Source: Octopus vulgaris
Taxonomy: Eukaryota
Assembly (NCBI GenBank): GCA_951406725.2
Contig: OX597817.1
Location: 20,336,001 to 20,400,000, forward strand
Length of the DNA: 64,000 nt
Direction of reading: 5' to 3'
The position numbers and the translations under genes are program-made. The stretch's first letter is position 1. The number at the start of each line of letters is the position of its first letter. Below are positions 39,395 through 56,017 of this stretch, piece by piece. The notes beneath the pieces were generated by a model. That model was not told the DNA's origin and ran no database searches. It saw only the letters and a program-made list of their open reading frames with translations.

Positions 39395-41835
39395 CGCGCG
39401 TATGTGTAGTAAAAATGCTCGTTGGAAACCTTTCCCCCACGTGGTGACTTGTAGAAAATGTTGAAATAGCATCATGAAAATTGTACAGAATATATATATT
39501 TTCTATGAGAGTCACTGGTTTCCTTTTGCTAATCATGACTAAGAAATTAGTGAGATAAAGCTTTCAGTCCCTGTTAGTAGCAAGACAGTTGTTTCGTAAA
39601 TAGACCAGTAGGTAAATAAATCTCGTGGGATGTATTTTTTCTTTTTAGGGAGGTACGCTACACAGAGCACGCATAAACACTTAAAAAAGCGCGTACACAG
39701 ACATGTATATATATATGACACACACATGCACGCACATACAAGGTGTCTGTGTGTGTTTGCAAATGTTACTGTATAACTCACTATAAACTCCTCGTGTGTG
39801 AAAGTCGGAGATTTTGTGGAGCATATTCGTGTATGTATATATGTCATTGGTCCGTGGTACAGACGCCTGTGCATCTAGTAACTCTTCGAATTATCTCTCG
39901 TCATACAGTATTTATGTTTTTATGTTTTTTTTTGTTCAATTCCATACTTACCTTCATAGGAAAACGTCAACAAATTTTGTTCCTACGTAAGAGTATTTTC
40001 CTTGCGCCGCTTTCTCTCTAAATTAATATTTGTTGTGGATAATTGCTGTTTTCCTTACGTTCAAATAAGTCCATCAAGTGGAACTTAAGGCTGCAGAGCA
40101 TGAAGGAGTAAGAACATGATTGCACTTGATATTGAAGTTTTGAAAGTCCTAGCTGCAAAAGAAAATATTAGCAACATTGCAAAAATATTATGCTGGAAAA
40201 TCTACAGTGGTAATAATATGTGGCAATAAAGAGGAAAATTAGCCAAGCGTACGTGAAGTTGCTTCATTAACTTGTGTTCCTTATTATTTTCTTGATGTAA
40301 TATGAAGCTTGAATGGAAGCGGTTCTATTGTGTAATAATCAACGACCAGAATCTCAAGAATGTGCCGATGAAAACGATGTACGTAAAAGTCGAAAAACAA
40401 AGAGTGTGTTGGGCGTTTAGCAGAAGGCAGGGAGATGTAACTTCTAATGAAAATTATTTTCTGTTATTGACAGAGTAATTTGCAAGGTTCAAGAAGCACT
40501 TGAATTTGCACAAATTAGAATCAACTGGTGGAGCTGCTAGCATTAATACAGTGTATGATACTAAGTATTCTTAGCAACTGAAGAATAACTGGATGGGGAT
40601 TGATTTGGCCCTGTATGAATATCATCTGTTCCCTAACATGAAAAACACATTTTGAAGGGAACCAGTATCGACGTGATGATAACGTGATATCTGCTGTTGA
40701 TGAATTTTTTTTACCTGCAGTGCGAAGGTTTCTTTCTCAAAGGTTCCCACACGAGTGCAACACTCATGAGAGAAGTATGTGGACCGCAATAAACCTCGTC
40801 TGGTCACATTGTATGAGGGTGTCTTCGTCAGATTTTAAACTTTTTGGTGACTCTCCCAATAAATACACATGAGCGTTTAAATTTACATACATACATACTC
40901 ACGCGTGTGTGGGGGGAGGAGTGTAGTTAAAAGCTTTGTTGAGAGCATTTTCGCCCACGCGGTGACTTGCAGAAAAAAATTGAAATAACATGAAGAAAAA
41001 TGCACAGAGGTTGATGAAAATGAACTTATTGCAACGATATACCAGCAAGCAAATTATTTTCCAGTGAAAAGAAACGTGAACACGAAATTTCGAAATCAAG
41101 AACCATCGTCCGTTGCTTCTTGTGAGTGGTTATACACCGCAGGAGTCATTAAATTAAAGCCTATGTATCATTCAGGAAAACTAAACGCTTTCAAGTTTAA
41201 GCACATTTTTTCTACTTCAGTTTGCCTTTCAAATTAAAAGCATAGATGGCTCGAAGCCCGTTTGAACAGTGATTGACATTATACTTTTTATCCCGCTATA
41301 GTAGTGACAAGTTTCGGGCAAAATGCTTTCAACAATTACACCAAGCAATCTTGTCGGCTTAAATGAGCTTTTTGATAATGTGAGAAAAGTATATATATAT
41401 ATATATAGTATACAGCTACCGCAATCCCAACACAAGAAGTCGTGATAACTATCTACAAGGCATATTATGTGAGAAATTTCAAGCAACTTATGAAATCAAA
41501 TGACTACAATATCGAAAGTAGTGTTAGTGACTACTGGAAGAAGTGCGGCATCATTTATACTGTGGATAACATAACATATTATTGAGATGAAGTTAAATAT
41601 ATATGATCACAGTGTATCCTCCAATTTACTATGTTAAAAAATTACTATATAAAATTCGAACATAATTGTGAGACTTGAAAATCATGTAGAGTTAGGGGTG
41701 AAATGGTTGAGATACTACTGCCCGGTAGCAAAAGTTTATCCGACTACAAACTGAAGCTGCTTTGATGAAAACAACCTGAGAATTCAGCGATTTCAGAAGC
41801 AAACCTGAAGTTGCCCGCAAGCAATATTACTAGCG

Positions 41836-42496
41836 GATTGCCAAGAAACGTTAGCACGCTGGGCGAAATGCTTAGCGGTATTTAGTCCTTTGTGGATAGT
41901 CAGGAAATATGTATACGTTCTGAGTTCAAATTCCGCCGAGGTCGACTTTGCCTTTCATCCTTTCGGGGTCGATAAATTAAGTACCTATTTCTTTACTACC
42001 CACAAGGGGCTAAACATAGAGAGGACAAACAAGGTCAGACAAACGGATTAAGTCGATAAAATCGACCCCAGTGCGTAACTGGCACTTGATTTATCGACCC
42101 CGAAAGGATGAAAGGCAAAGTCGACCTCGGCGGAATTTGAACTCAGAACGTAACGGCAGACGAAATACGGCTACGCATTTTGCCCGGCCTGCTAACGAAC
42201 TCTGCCAAATCGCCGCCTTACTTAACTTAAGTACCAGTTAAGCACTGGGGTCGATATAATCGACTTAATCCGTCTGCCTGTCCTTGTTTGTCTTCTCTGT
42301 GTTTAGCCCCTTGTGGGTAGTAAAGAAATAGATAGTAAAGAAATAGGTATTTCGCCTGAGTTCACATTCCTCCGAGGTCAACTATGCCTTTCATCCTTTC
42401 GAGGTCGATAAATTACGAAGCAGTTGCGTACCGGACTCGATCTAATCGACTGGCCCCTTTCCCCAAAATGTCGGGCTTTGTGCCTAGAATAGAAAA
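41836..42496. mobile_element. Nested SINE cluster (duplicate of 15175-15835)
   Basis: Same sequence. TSD ttaagtacc at 41977 and 42227. Confidence 0.88.
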
Positions 42497-42783
42497 CAAT
42501 ATTACTAAATGATTGCCGATTATACGAAAAGGTTTGGAAATACCTCAATTTTTTTTGGGTCTTCAGATACTTAATAACACTACGATGTCAAAGTTTCTCC
42601 CTTTTCATGAAATGTTGCTACTAGTTACATTTCAGGTCTTATTTGAACAGTCAGATGTCAGTTTACCTAGAAGAAACAATGAGGTTATTTATGAGAGGGC
42701 TTCAAACTAAATTATTCAATATTTCATAGCTCTAGCATCATCCTTCATAATCAGCCTATGATCTTTTCAGCCCACCCTCCTAA

Positions 42784-42844
<61 letters not shown>

Positions 42845-42990
42845 GGGTTCAGCAACGATTTGCCTCACCACACACCGAATTTAGAAATAGCAGTCCTACT
42901 TAAAAGGGAGATCCCAGTAAAACCAAAGCACTCAAGAACAAACCACTCAGGTAAAAGAGAAAGAAATGAAAATCATTCTATATTAAGTTG

Positions 42991-43081
42991 CCTACGGACG
43001 CGCGTTTCGGAAAAAACCCAAAATAGAGCATAAAAAGTAAATAATTATACCTTACCTGACTATTTTCCTCATCAGCGTAGG
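42991..43081 (-). ncRNA. Type I hammerhead ribozyme (duplicate of 16338-16428) within direct repeats ~42841-43670
   Basis: Same CCTACG-CTGATGA...GAAAC-GCGC-GTC-CGTAGG motif. Confidence 0.85.
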
Positions 43082-44718
43082 ATTCTTCAATTATAAATAA
43101 TTGCGTCTCAATTATTAATATTTGTGTATTAAATTTGAAGGCACTAGAAAATATCACTTCAACTCAAGGTATCAGTGAGAACGTATACCGTGCCGGTACC
43201 GCCAAATTCAAAAAGTGAATGAGAGTAAGTCACTCTCTCCTGTCCACCAGCGTGTTGCCAAAGTAAGATGATACAGTTTTTTTTCTGGGAGGAAATACCA
43301 TTATCAATAATAACAAAGGGTGAAATTAATTAATTAAGAAGTAATCAGTAATTTCACAAAGTAGAATTCGGGATGTAAAAGACCAATTCAAGGTAAGTTT
43401 AAGTAATACTAATAATTAGTGTTCAGCAACGATTTGCCTCACCACACACCGACTTTAGAAATAGCAGTCAAAAAGTATTGGCTATTCCTTCTACTTTAAA
43501 GGGAAATCCCAGTAAAACCAAAGCACTCAAGAACAAACCACGCAGGTAAAAGAGAAAGAAATGACGAAAATCATTCTATATTAAGTTGCCTACGGACGCG
43601 CGTTTCGGAATTAAGCCAGTATAGAGCATAAAAAGTAAATAATTATACCTTACCTGGCTATTTTCCTCATATATAGATACATGTATGTGAGTGTGTGTAT
43701 GTAAGTGTGCGTGTGTGTAAGCAAACACAAGCGCGAAAGCGCGCGCATATACTTCGTTTAATATACATAATCACATAATCATTACCTGCATTTTGTAGCT
43801 TGTCTAGTGATATACATTTTGAAGCAAAATACAGTTATTGTCCTACACTCACTCTCCTTTACATATACACCGTTACTAACATAGAAGAAGAAGAAGACAG
43901 TATATGTATACACAGAAAAAGAAGCGTATTTGCAAATTGAGTTACTACTGGGAAACAATATTGGTCTTCTGAAAGACCTCCAGAGAGATTTTATCGTCAA
44001 TTTATCTCATGAATAACAAGTTCTTTACTTTTATTAATATTTCTTCTATTAGACGTTTATTGCAGCAATGCATCTGTCCTTACGACTCTGAACGTATTTA
44101 ATGCTTTCGACTTGTGCCTGCTTTCAGCTACAGGTAACCACATGCGTATAAATATTGCGGCAAAATAGAATCTCGGTGATGGTATTTATTGCAGGTTTTA
44201 TATACAAGGATTGTGATATTTCGCGTCAACTGTTGTAAATATAAACTTTCTAGAGACAGAGAAGAAAATAAAGAACTTGTGTTGTAGTAGAAAATAAACT
44301 TGAATACAAACTAAAAGAAAAGTTCTAAACATTTGAACTGCCGGACCATGCTGAAAACTACAGAAGAATGAACATGATGATTGTTGCTTTACTTACTTCG
44401 TGTTCTTCCTGTTGAAATTTATATAAGAAAATGTAAAACCTGATTTTATTGTGTGTTTTTTTTTTGCTAGAGAATACATTAACGTGCCCCGTATTCTTTG
44501 AAATATTTCTGATTTCATTTTCCATGTCAGTTAAGTAGCTTAACTAATGTTCTCGACACGCACAAATACAGAGACAGACACCGCTCTACTGAGAAGTCTG
44601 CATGATTCTTTATGTCAATGTGTATGTTTATTATTATCGGCGAAATGACCCACACAAATATGTGTCCCTTTGTGCCTGTGTGCCTGTGTGTGCGTCTTTG
44701 TCAGTCTCTCTATCTCCC

Positions 44719-44816
<98 letters not shown>

Positions 44817-45465
44817 TATATTCTGCATATTGGTATTTATGAGTATAGCTGCGACGTATTGACAAATTTAGATGCAATATCTTTCTACCATTTCATAGAC
44901 GTGCTCTCTATGCTAGTGTCATCTGTTAAAATTTCATTATCAGTATTAATGAATGAAGAACGATAACTATTATATATCTTACATTTGCGCAGTGACAGAA
45001 TACTTCACTAAAGCATGTTGGTCCATGTCTGGCCTTTATACTTCTGTCTCATACAATTAATATACATAGCTCGCTTCAGATGGACAAGGTATGTATCTTC
45101 ATAACGTTAACTTACAAGATCATTGATTGCAGCTGAACCTACATAGCAGAATGGAAACATCTTTCCACAAATGTTTTGTGTCAAAGTTAGATTATTTTTG
45201 TTACTGTTGTTATTACTATTATTAATTCTGTTGTTCGTTTTGGAGTCCTTTTTGTTTTTTCATTACAATTGTAGTATGCTGTAGTTCATATAAACGAGCC
45301 GCTATCATATATTTACGGGTTTATTCTCACTGCAGCGCATATAACTCAAGTGATTTCCTACTTCTTTACCGTTCTAAAAGTTATTTCTTAGACGAAGATT
45401 ATTTAGATGCACATCCTTTAACATCCGCTTTGCATGCAGACAAGGGTTGGACTTCAGTACATTTG

Positions 45466-45499
<34 letters not shown>

Positions 45500-45523
45500 A
45501 ATGTATATTTGTAAGTATGTATG

Positions 45524-45624
<101 letters not shown>

Positions 45625-46360
45625 ATATATATAAATTATATATATGCATACATACATGTACATGCATATATTTGTATATAAAGATTCTTATATGGGTACA
45701 GGACATCGAAAAACGTAAACAAAATGAAAAACGAGAACATGAGATACGAAAACGAAAACATAGAAAACGAAGTGTTTTTGCAAACAACGAAAGAACAAAT
45801 AGAAAAACAAGACAGGCAACATAAAGAATAATCCATTCATCACTGTTTTATCTATTCCGCATTTCGAGCAGTAGGACAAATGCGTCTTCGTCAAGAAAGT
45901 TGCTCCCGCAAAGCAAATTAAAGAGAATTTGCGATTTGTGTAGGGTCAATCTTGGTAACACACACAGGGCAGTGAAAACAGACGGTAAGGGTTGTTTAGA
46001 CATAACGAAGTGAGGTGGAGAACGCGGCAGTATCAAACTTTGGCAGGAGACAGACAAAAGTGAGTGCTATCCCTGTAGCTGAACGAGAAGGAGGAAATAA
46101 ATTCAAGTCAGGAAAAGAAAGATGGCCACCGGTCACGCGTGACCAAAGACAAAGTGATGGAGGGAAGGTGATGAAGGGAGAATGACAAATAGAGAACGGT
46201 GAACAGAAGGAGAAAAATTAGAAACAAAAAACAATATAGAAACAGGAAGAGAGAGAGAGAGAGAAAAAAAGGGATAGTAGTAAAATAGTGTCGCATCAGA
46301 ATTATTAAGATAAAACTTACTTGCAAATGGTTGCGTGGCGTTCAAACATACAATAATATA

Positions 46361-46447
<87 letters not shown>

Positions 46448-46532
46448 GCCGGCGGGGTGGCGTCATTTGAAGGCTAAAACAACGCGAAGCGCATTGTGAC
46501 CAGCGATATGTAGTAGCATCTGATAGTATATA

Positions 46533-46567
<35 letters not shown>

Positions 46568-46570
46568 TAC

Positions 46571-46894
46571 ATTAGATACTCATTCTCCTGCACGTCTTCC
46601 TGCCTTATCTATTGCATGAAATGTAATCTCTGCAACAAGCTGCATGTTCCTAAAACTGACCGCCGGCTAGCCGACCGGTTCACCAAATATCTACGAGATG
46701 TGTGGCCATGCAACAATGCCCTCGTCGCCCGTCATTTTCGCTTGGCCAACCACTCCACCACAAATATCACCGTCCTCGGCCGTGCCTTGCACCACGGATT
46801 CATGAACTCTGTACTCCGCATGGAACGGTATTACATTTTCAGTCTAGAAACACAAACACCTTTGGAACTCAACACAATCCTTTCTTCTCAATAA
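46571..46894 (+). mobile_element. PLE GIY-YIG remnant (duplicate of 19929-20252)
   Basis: Identical translation. Confidence 0.85.
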
Positions 46895-48541
46895 CTGTCT
46901 CTACACACTACTAGAAAAATTCATTTTTATCCTATCTTATACTCACTCGCATTTTACAACTTTTATTCGGTTTTTATCGACTTTTTATCGTTTATTCCGT
47001 CATAATTGTTTATTTTGATCATTTTACTTTATTTTATGTATAATTGTATTAATTTCTAATTTATCGATTTAATTTTTTTTTTCATCTTTTATGTTACTTT
47101 TTATATATTTTTATTTATTACTTCTATTATTTTTATTTATTACTTTTCTGTATTAATGTTATCTATTTTATTTCATTCTATTTCATTTTAAATTTTTTAT
47201 ATAGACACATGTACACACGCACACATACATACACGGACGCGCATACATGCACACGCACTCGCACACACGTAAGCACATATATGTCCCACAAATATCACAC
47301 ACATACATGCATACACATATACACATATGCATACACACACACACATACATACATGCATACACACACGTGCATACACCTAGATACATGCACATAGACACAC
47401 ATACATGCACACATACGTACACGTAAACACACCCACGCACGCGCAAACGCGCACACCCACAAGATCGCACTTATACGCCCCACAGAAATACACGCACACA
47501 CTCACATACACACCCGTTCATATACCCTCTTACGAACATATATGTACAAGCACAAACACACGCACATAGACACGAACGCCCACACACAACACACACGTAT
47601 AACTCACATATATATATTTCTTTACTGCCCAGAAGGAGCCAAACATAGAGGGGACAAACAAGGACAGACAAAGGGATCAAGTCGATTACATCGACCCCAG
47701 TGCGTAACTAGTACTTTATTTATCGACCCCAAAGGATGAAAGGCAAAGTCGACTTTGACGGAATTTGAACTCAGAACGTAACGGCAGACGAAATACGGCT
47801 ACGCATTTCGCCCGGCGTGCTAACGTTTCCGCCAACTCACAGCCTTCAATCTCACACATATAAGCAAACGCACAACACACATATAAGCAAATGTATGCAC
47901 ATATATATATGTGCAAAAACACATAACTACACAAAAAAAAACCCTCTTCTGTTACCATAGATGCTCAATTCTTCTTACAACATTAACAGACACAAAGATC
48001 ACTCACCCATACACACATTAATAATTAATAAAAACGCAACACACACACGCACATACATACACACACTCGCACCACCCGCGTACAGACACACACGCACCCC
48101 TTTACTGCCACACACACATAACACACACATGCTTTCAGACACGAATGCGCGTGCACATACCCACACATACACACAGTGATACGTCATTCGTTTACACTGT
48201 CCTGTGTTAGAAAGAAATTTTTCTTTGTCCATTCCCTTTCGGTCATTCCAAAAGGTAACTACATGTGAATTTTTGGCTATTTTTTCCCTCCGTCTTCCTT
48301 TCCTCTTGCACCTTCGTCTGTTTCTTGTTTCTGAAAATGAGCTTTGCTCGAAACGTAAAACACCCTTTTTCCCTTCCTTGAGCGTCTTTTAATAATTTGC
48401 ACGTACCACGTCCGTGCGTTGTTGGGTTTTCTTGTGTTTTTTTCTTCGTATTTATTTTGGATCAATTATATATAAATCCTTAAAAATATTTTAGCCCGAA
48501 GGCCGCGGCCATGCTGGGGCACCACCGCTGAAAAAATACTG

Positions 48542-48609
48542 CGCCCAACGTGGGGCTCGAACCCACGACCCCGAGATTAAGAGTATCGTGCTCTACCGAC
48601 TGAGCTAGC
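48542..48609 (-). pseudogene. tRNA-Lys(CTT)-like SINE head (duplicate of 21899-21966)
   Basis: Same sequence as copy 1. Confidence 0.85.
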
Positions 48610-51600
48610 TATATATATGTTTATATATATGTTTATATATATATGTATATATATGTATGTATGTATTTAGCAAATATTTAGATTCAGATGAATATGTTAC
48701 TTACGTTGAGGCACCAAAATGTAATACGATACAATAATGGCTATAAGAGTATTTTAGATTATTTAGATTATTTATTAGGCAATATTATGTAGAATATCAT
48801 TTCAGAGGTCGTAGAGTAACAATAGGATTTTACATATATATATATATAGTAAAGCGAGAGACAATTGTAACTGTAGCAAATTTGTGAAACATGATTCAAC
48901 AAAATAAACAATCATAGAAAAGTATATATTGCCTTCACTGCGATCAACAGCAGAACACTGGAGGTTACTCTGAACATTAAATTGAAATAAGAAGATAATA
49001 TAAAACACGTTAATGTATTCTTTGAAATTCACATTCCAGTGTATGTTAAATTATTATTAGTCTCTTAGATCATATAAGTAGATATTTTAAACAAGTATTT
49101 CAATTCGTTGATGTTTCTAAATATTGTAGTAGTACTACCAATCGTTTGAAATATTCATCAGCTATTTTTGCCCTCAAAGTGCTCCGTAAATCTACCACAA
49201 GAGAATTATAGTAAGTTCTCTTATATTTATTAGCCGTCCTACTTGGTCATATCATACGTTAATCTCATTAACGTGTAAAAGTGACAATAAAGTTTCACAG
49301 AAACTGAAAATATCTATAAAATTTTAAGCGTCCTTATGATATTCTCTTACAATTACCATGGCATAAAAAAAATGTTTGACACTACCTAAGTTCGTGATAT
49401 GATCTACTGATCTTTGACTGTATTTTTTCCGCAATGTGTGTTACCTATATACTGTGAGTACTCACTGAACTGAGAAATGGGTGTATTTTCACAGGTCACT
49501 CGACTATAAAAGAGGCAGACTCAGATATTTATCATCTGGAAAAAGTTGAATATTGTCAATGAAATTACATATTTTCCAGCACAGAACAGGATACGAAATT
49601 GCCTGCATATATTTGCCTGCTTCAATTGATAAGTTTTACTTGTACTGTGTATCGGAGCCTCTTATTCTATTCTGCAACGTTGTGTTTGTAGAGGTTACGC
49701 TGTGTTTCTGTTTGAAAATAAATTAATGCTGCATTAAATGCTTACTTTCAATGCGGCTTAATACAACTATCATGTAAAATAAATTACGTAAGATGAGTAG
49801 CATAATACAGTCAGTGATATTTTATTGTTTTATTAAATTCTAATGAATTTCCAACATAAATGACGATTTCCGTTAAAGAAGTATAAATTCAATGGTATTA
49901 TATTACTTAATTCATTAATTTCAAATTTAAATACTAAAGTTACATTATACTGAGTCAGAGTACTCTGCAATGCGTATGCATATTGATTAGATAGTTCATA
50001 TTTGCTAATCAAAACAACAACAAAAACAATACACAATAAACAAGAATGGGACATAAGATGTATTCGATAAATAATTTTAATGAAAATGATGATAGCTTAT
50101 CCGGCGTCGGATTCTACTGGAACATTGCTTTCAATAATTTGTTTACTGTAATATTTTCACCGAGGTAAAAGTGGTATCTAGTAAAGTGATATCTTTATTA
50201 TCTACGGATAGAATAATCATTACACATTTCAGTGATTATGCACTTATACGCGTAGTATATTTTGTACATAAACTTTAACTAAAATTTGTGTAGCATTATG
50301 TTTCAGAAGGAGAATGGCAGGCTTTTATATTTATGCTGTACATCATTTTTTAAAATGCTTAATTAACTTCTTTATATCAATTATACGCTAATGTTTTAAT
50401 GATCGAAAAAATATTGCGTCTATGACGTATGAAAAATCGCGTATTTGTAAATATACATACCAAAGAAAGTGTAAAATTTCCTAAGAAAATAATATTGATT
50501 TTAATTTATTTATTGAAAAATTTCAACGTATAAAGCAATCATATGCTCTCCGTCCCTCCGCTACTGATATTACTAATTTACCAAACACTACACTGTATTA
50601 TATGTAGTCTGCAGATTCTTATGACAGTATGGGATCTGAACAATAATGTGCACAACCTTTGGACAAAGTGAGCATAAAAAAGTAGATTTTATGACATTAT
50701 CTTACCGAAAATACACATAGACTATCATCGTTTGATTCTGCGTTTTATTTCCCCTCTTCAGGCGGCATAACATTCGTTTCTGTTAGTGTCAAAATTTTCT
50801 CTCTCTGTACTCTTAAACACACAGATCTTCCTATCCGTCTCCTCTCTGCACTTCATTTTACTTAAAGTATTTCTGTAGCATTCTGCATTTTATATTGTGT
50901 GTACTCTTCATTCTGCATGTTTACTTGACGTGAGCAGGAACTTTTACGCGTATACTGCTGTCTCCATATCTTAGGAAAATCAAACGTCATAAATTAAGGG
51001 AAAACAAATGAAAATCTATTTCTAAATGTATTCTACAGCATTTTAGTTGACATCCTTTTATCGTTGTTGCAAATTTTTATCATAACACCTTAATAGTAAA
51101 CCCACTAAATATTGTTTAGATATCATACTGTACCATAAGCTATAATTCTAATTGGCGGGTATGTTCATAACTGAAGTATTGTATTGAGATCACCTTTTGG
51201 GTATTATAGATTCTAGGAGGTCTACACAAATCAGTCCTAAATCATTGCAGTCAAATTTCAGTTAAATCATCTTTTGCGCTGATAATTCTCTCATGTAGAT
51301 CTGTAGAACGGTAGTATATTGTATTTCAATACTGTTTTGAATAGAAGGAAATATAAAATATTTTTCGTTGTCAGGTAGGCACCATACTCATGTTTTCAAT
51401 CTCAACACATGTTTCTGTGAGTTAAGCAATACAAATCAGTAATTCAAAATTTCAATGATATATCTATGAATACATAAGTATAATTTTACATAATCTTCAA
51501 AAAGATATGAATAAATTTAATGCATTTACTGAACTCAAACGCCGTGGTAATGATTACCCAACAGGAGGACCCTCTGTATTTGCGAGAACTTTGCTAAAAC

Positions 51601-52931
51601 TAGGAGAATATTTCTCATGTAACAAGGAAGAAGTTATTTAATAATGAGAAGTTCGAGTTGTCATCGCAGATATAGGTTTGATCCTTTTAGTTGCTTTTCG
51701 TATATGGTTTGTGTGTGCAAGATGAGGATATGCGAATTGCAGAAACATGTTTCAAGAGTTAAAAATCAATTTTAAGACTTTATTACAATGGCCAATGAAG
51801 GAATTACAGTTAATTGACCATTAATGTAGGACCCAGTGGTTAATATGGAAACTCTCCTCATTGTTTATGTGCGTGTTCGTTTTTTTAACACTTGAAAATC
51901 TATACACTTTCAAATCTAATATAGTCTTTCATAAATTTTATGCAAAATAGAAATTACCGAAAAGCATTGTTGTTGTTCTTGGTTTATATTTTATTGATGC
52001 TAAATCTTCTAAAATATCACTCAGCACTTATTAAAAACAATACTACCACACTCAACAATAATATCTTATGCAACTCACGCTGTTTAAAATGAAGAGGGAT
52101 TATTATGGGAAATGTTTCAAAATGAAAATTGATATTGTGATACGTATTGAATCGGAATTTTATCACGACTTTTATTCACATCTACAGCTCGCAGGACATT
52201 GGACACGAATATTGTATTTCACACATTTCCTTATTTCTCGTGAACAGTGCATAATTGCATACTACCTTTCTCCAAGTTGATAGACTAGTCTCTATCATTC
52301 CTCTCTTCATAAATAATAATTATGCATGGCCATAAAATACAAATTACACATTATCTGCTAAAAAGCAAACATTTAAATACCATTCTGAGTAAATTTCCCA
52401 CCGTCTCTAGGTTAATTTATAGTGGCCGTTATAATTATAATCAACCACATTCAATAGTGTACACAATCAAGATCCCAATACACGTATATTGTCTTAGAGG
52501 AATGTCGCCATACAATATCTCTCATTCAAATACAATGAGTAAATTAATTAAAAATTATTCTAATAAATTTCAGCTCAGGAAAATAAACTTTGTAGTTTTC
52601 AGAAACCTTTGTGCGTGTTACATATTGCCTCATATTGCAGTTGATGACAAACACACGATTCTCCTTGATAAGGACGACATATTTATTAGCATCCAGCAAG
52701 TATAATGCGTTACACTTTTGTTCAAATATATCACGGATTTATCGTAGCTGAAGATTCCTTTATTTCAGGACACTTTATACCTGGAACCTAGTTGTCGAAT
52801 ACACCATCTATTCTAATCCATTATTTCTGACTTTGAGAAGGGTGCTGTTTGAATCAAATTTCAAGAACCCACATACTGCCCTCTTTTACGTCACAGATGT
52901 TTCTACAATCTGTGCCCACTAAGTATTCCTA

Positions 52932-53028
<97 letters not shown>

Positions 53029-53092
53029 TAAACAGTGGTGGTGTAACTCCCATACGGGACTGTCACGTTAAGTTGACAGTATACATCCACTA

Positions 53093-53156
<64 letters not shown>

Positions 53157-53499
53157 AACCTACCAATACTACATAAGGACACAAAACTGAAAAGAATTTT
53201 ACGTGACATTAAAATTGTGAGAATCAAAAACCTAAGTCATTAAGGAAACTGCTAACTAATGCAAAATTATTCCCCTCCACAAACCCCACAGTAAAAATTC
53301 AACATGCCCCAAACTTTTGGAAGGGTTAGAATACTATTTTAAACACGAGCAACTCTTTACAATTAATTTAAATTTCATTTGTGCATCCGAAAATCTGATC
53401 TGCGTAATCAGATGCTCGGTCAGCCAGAAATATTATATCGGTAGCACAGGGAATTCTCTCCGTCAACGTTGTACGGTGCATCGTCCACAGTGTAAGTGA
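53157..53499 (+). mobile_element. PLE GIY-YIG remnant (duplicate of 26510-26852)
   Basis: Identical translation. Confidence 0.8.
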
Positions 53500-55947
53500 G
53501 ACGAAATCAGTGAAAATAATTTTATTGAAGAATTTGAACCAGTACTAAATGGACTGTTATAGTAACAGTGAGAGTTATAATGATGATAATGGTGATAGTT
53601 ATAATGGTGATGATAATAACAAATACTACGTCTATTACTACTGCTACCACCACAAACTGCAAAATAATTAAATGTGATGGGAGGATGGTAGTAATGTTGA
53701 CCAAATGAACATTGCTCGATTGAAATGTAAAAATTTCTGGAATAACAAGAGAAATCAATGAAAACAGGAATGTTGTTAACAACATTCCAAAATATAGCCA
53801 AACAAATATTCCTGTAGGTGTGTTCAAAATATAGAATCCTTGACGTTCACACCAAACCGTGACATCTAAGCTACATGCTGATATATCAAAATACAGTTTG
53901 AACTTAATTGGCGCGCTCATCAAACTGTCATATGTAAGACTCATGCTCATTGAGCAAAGAAAAGTTCGTAACATTTAGCCTGCTGGAGCACATCAGATAG
54001 TACTTAAAAATAACTCCACGTATTTGACTACAGTTGTCAATGTAACACGACTGCCACTAACGCATGAAACGATAGCTTGAACCTTATTTCAATATCTATA
54101 CTTTGTGATCTTAAGCAAAGCACTTCAAATCAGGTTGCTCTGAGAACACCTAATGTGTGGTACACCGTGCACCTGTTCAGACAACGCTGATTTGATGGTA
54201 TGAATGTTTATCATTTCACTGAACGAAATTTGCTAATAAACAAGTTGAGTTAAGCCTTTAAGTATAATATACATATAATTGAGTTCCCAAATCACATTAT
54301 TGGCTTCCGTTGTCCCTCTGGATAAGCGTAGTTGCAATATTTTTTTATAAGAACAGGCTCCGTTTCTGAAATTTTATCTCGCACTTTGTGCATTGTATTC
54401 CTGCTTTATCACTTCTCAGTTATATTCAATATAACTGCTCTGTTAATTGCAATATTTGGAATTGATTTCGTTTTTGAATTTTACAATAATAACGTTTCTA
54501 TTATATATATATAACATCAAGCAATTATAGAAAATTGAGCTTGATGAAGAGGACAGCATATTTTTTGCAGATGAAATTTTCACTTACATCATGTTTTCAG
54601 TTGAAATGTTTACGACACGTTTTGGTATTTCTAACAGAATGGACATTTTCGCGACAAAATATTCAACAGAAGTATGCTGCCGAAAATCTATAATGGATAT
54701 TACAAAGAATATCTTGATTAACAGCTCAATCCTTTCAAAACCAAGGCCAGTAATGTCACAAATATTTGTGTAAATGAGAAAGATCTAAACAAATTTATAA
54801 GTTCATATTGACTAAAGGTCTACAACACGAAGCAAAGAAAAGTATCTCGCCATAATATTAAATTCAATCATACTCAGATTATTATTAACCGCCATGAAAC
54901 CTCAAACGGGAAGAAGTGTCAATGAATACGGACAATACTGAATTAAAAATCAGTAATACCCTAGACAACACGTATCGAAAATAGCTGTTACAACATATCA
55001 CGTGGCTGTTCCAATAGTCTGTTTTGTCTCATTTAACCAATGATTTTAAGCATCTTATGAAGGAAATAATTCATAATGTTGTTTTTGATATTTTAGTCAA
55101 ATTAATCTTAATTAAAAGAAAATTATAGCAAATAGTGCGTCAGGTGCTTAGTAAAAATGATGAAACATCAAATGCCAAAATGGCATTGCTGTTAATGACC
55201 AGTGGAGGAAAGGATGTAAGCGTCAATACATTGCATAGAATATGCAGAAATAGCCTGGAGAGGCATTAAATAAGAGAGGGGTAGAAACAAATTTATGTAA
55301 GAGTGGTTGAATTACAGTGCGATATGAAGACATTAAAATTTGATCTAGAAAAAAGAAATATAAATAAAAAAGAATGTGACAGCAAAAATTATGAGAGCCA
55401 TATGGAATAAATAATATTTGAAAGGGAAAAAGTACAAAAAGTGCAATATTATCGAAAGAAAATTTTTAAAAAACATCAATATAAATGACAAACAGTTAGA
55501 AAGAAAATTGACAATTAAAAATAGAAAGAACAGCTTCAGCAATCTCCAGTATAATGTCAGTTTCAGACAACTTGGAGTGAATCCCAAGACAAGGTAAAAC
55601 AAGTGGTATCATTAAATAACAAATGTGACATATTTATGAGAGTTCATAATTCCTGAACAGCGAGAAGCATATTAAAACATATACGAAACATTTGGTAATT
55701 TCGTTTTACTTTTAATTTATCTTGCTGTGAGTTTGACATGATTAATGCTTTCATTTTGTGTACAATTTCCCCTTCCTTCATTGCACATATTTCTTTCAAA
55801 TCATATACATTGGAAGGGTAGAACAGAATTAGTCGTTCGAAACAAAGTCAATTATTGTGGGTACGTTAAGATTGCGTTTGAATTACTTGTTTCCGTCTTA
55901 ATTTTCTCCTCTATTGGTAAGAAAATACCTGTCTATTGCAGAGTGAA

Positions 55948-56017
<70 letters not shown>
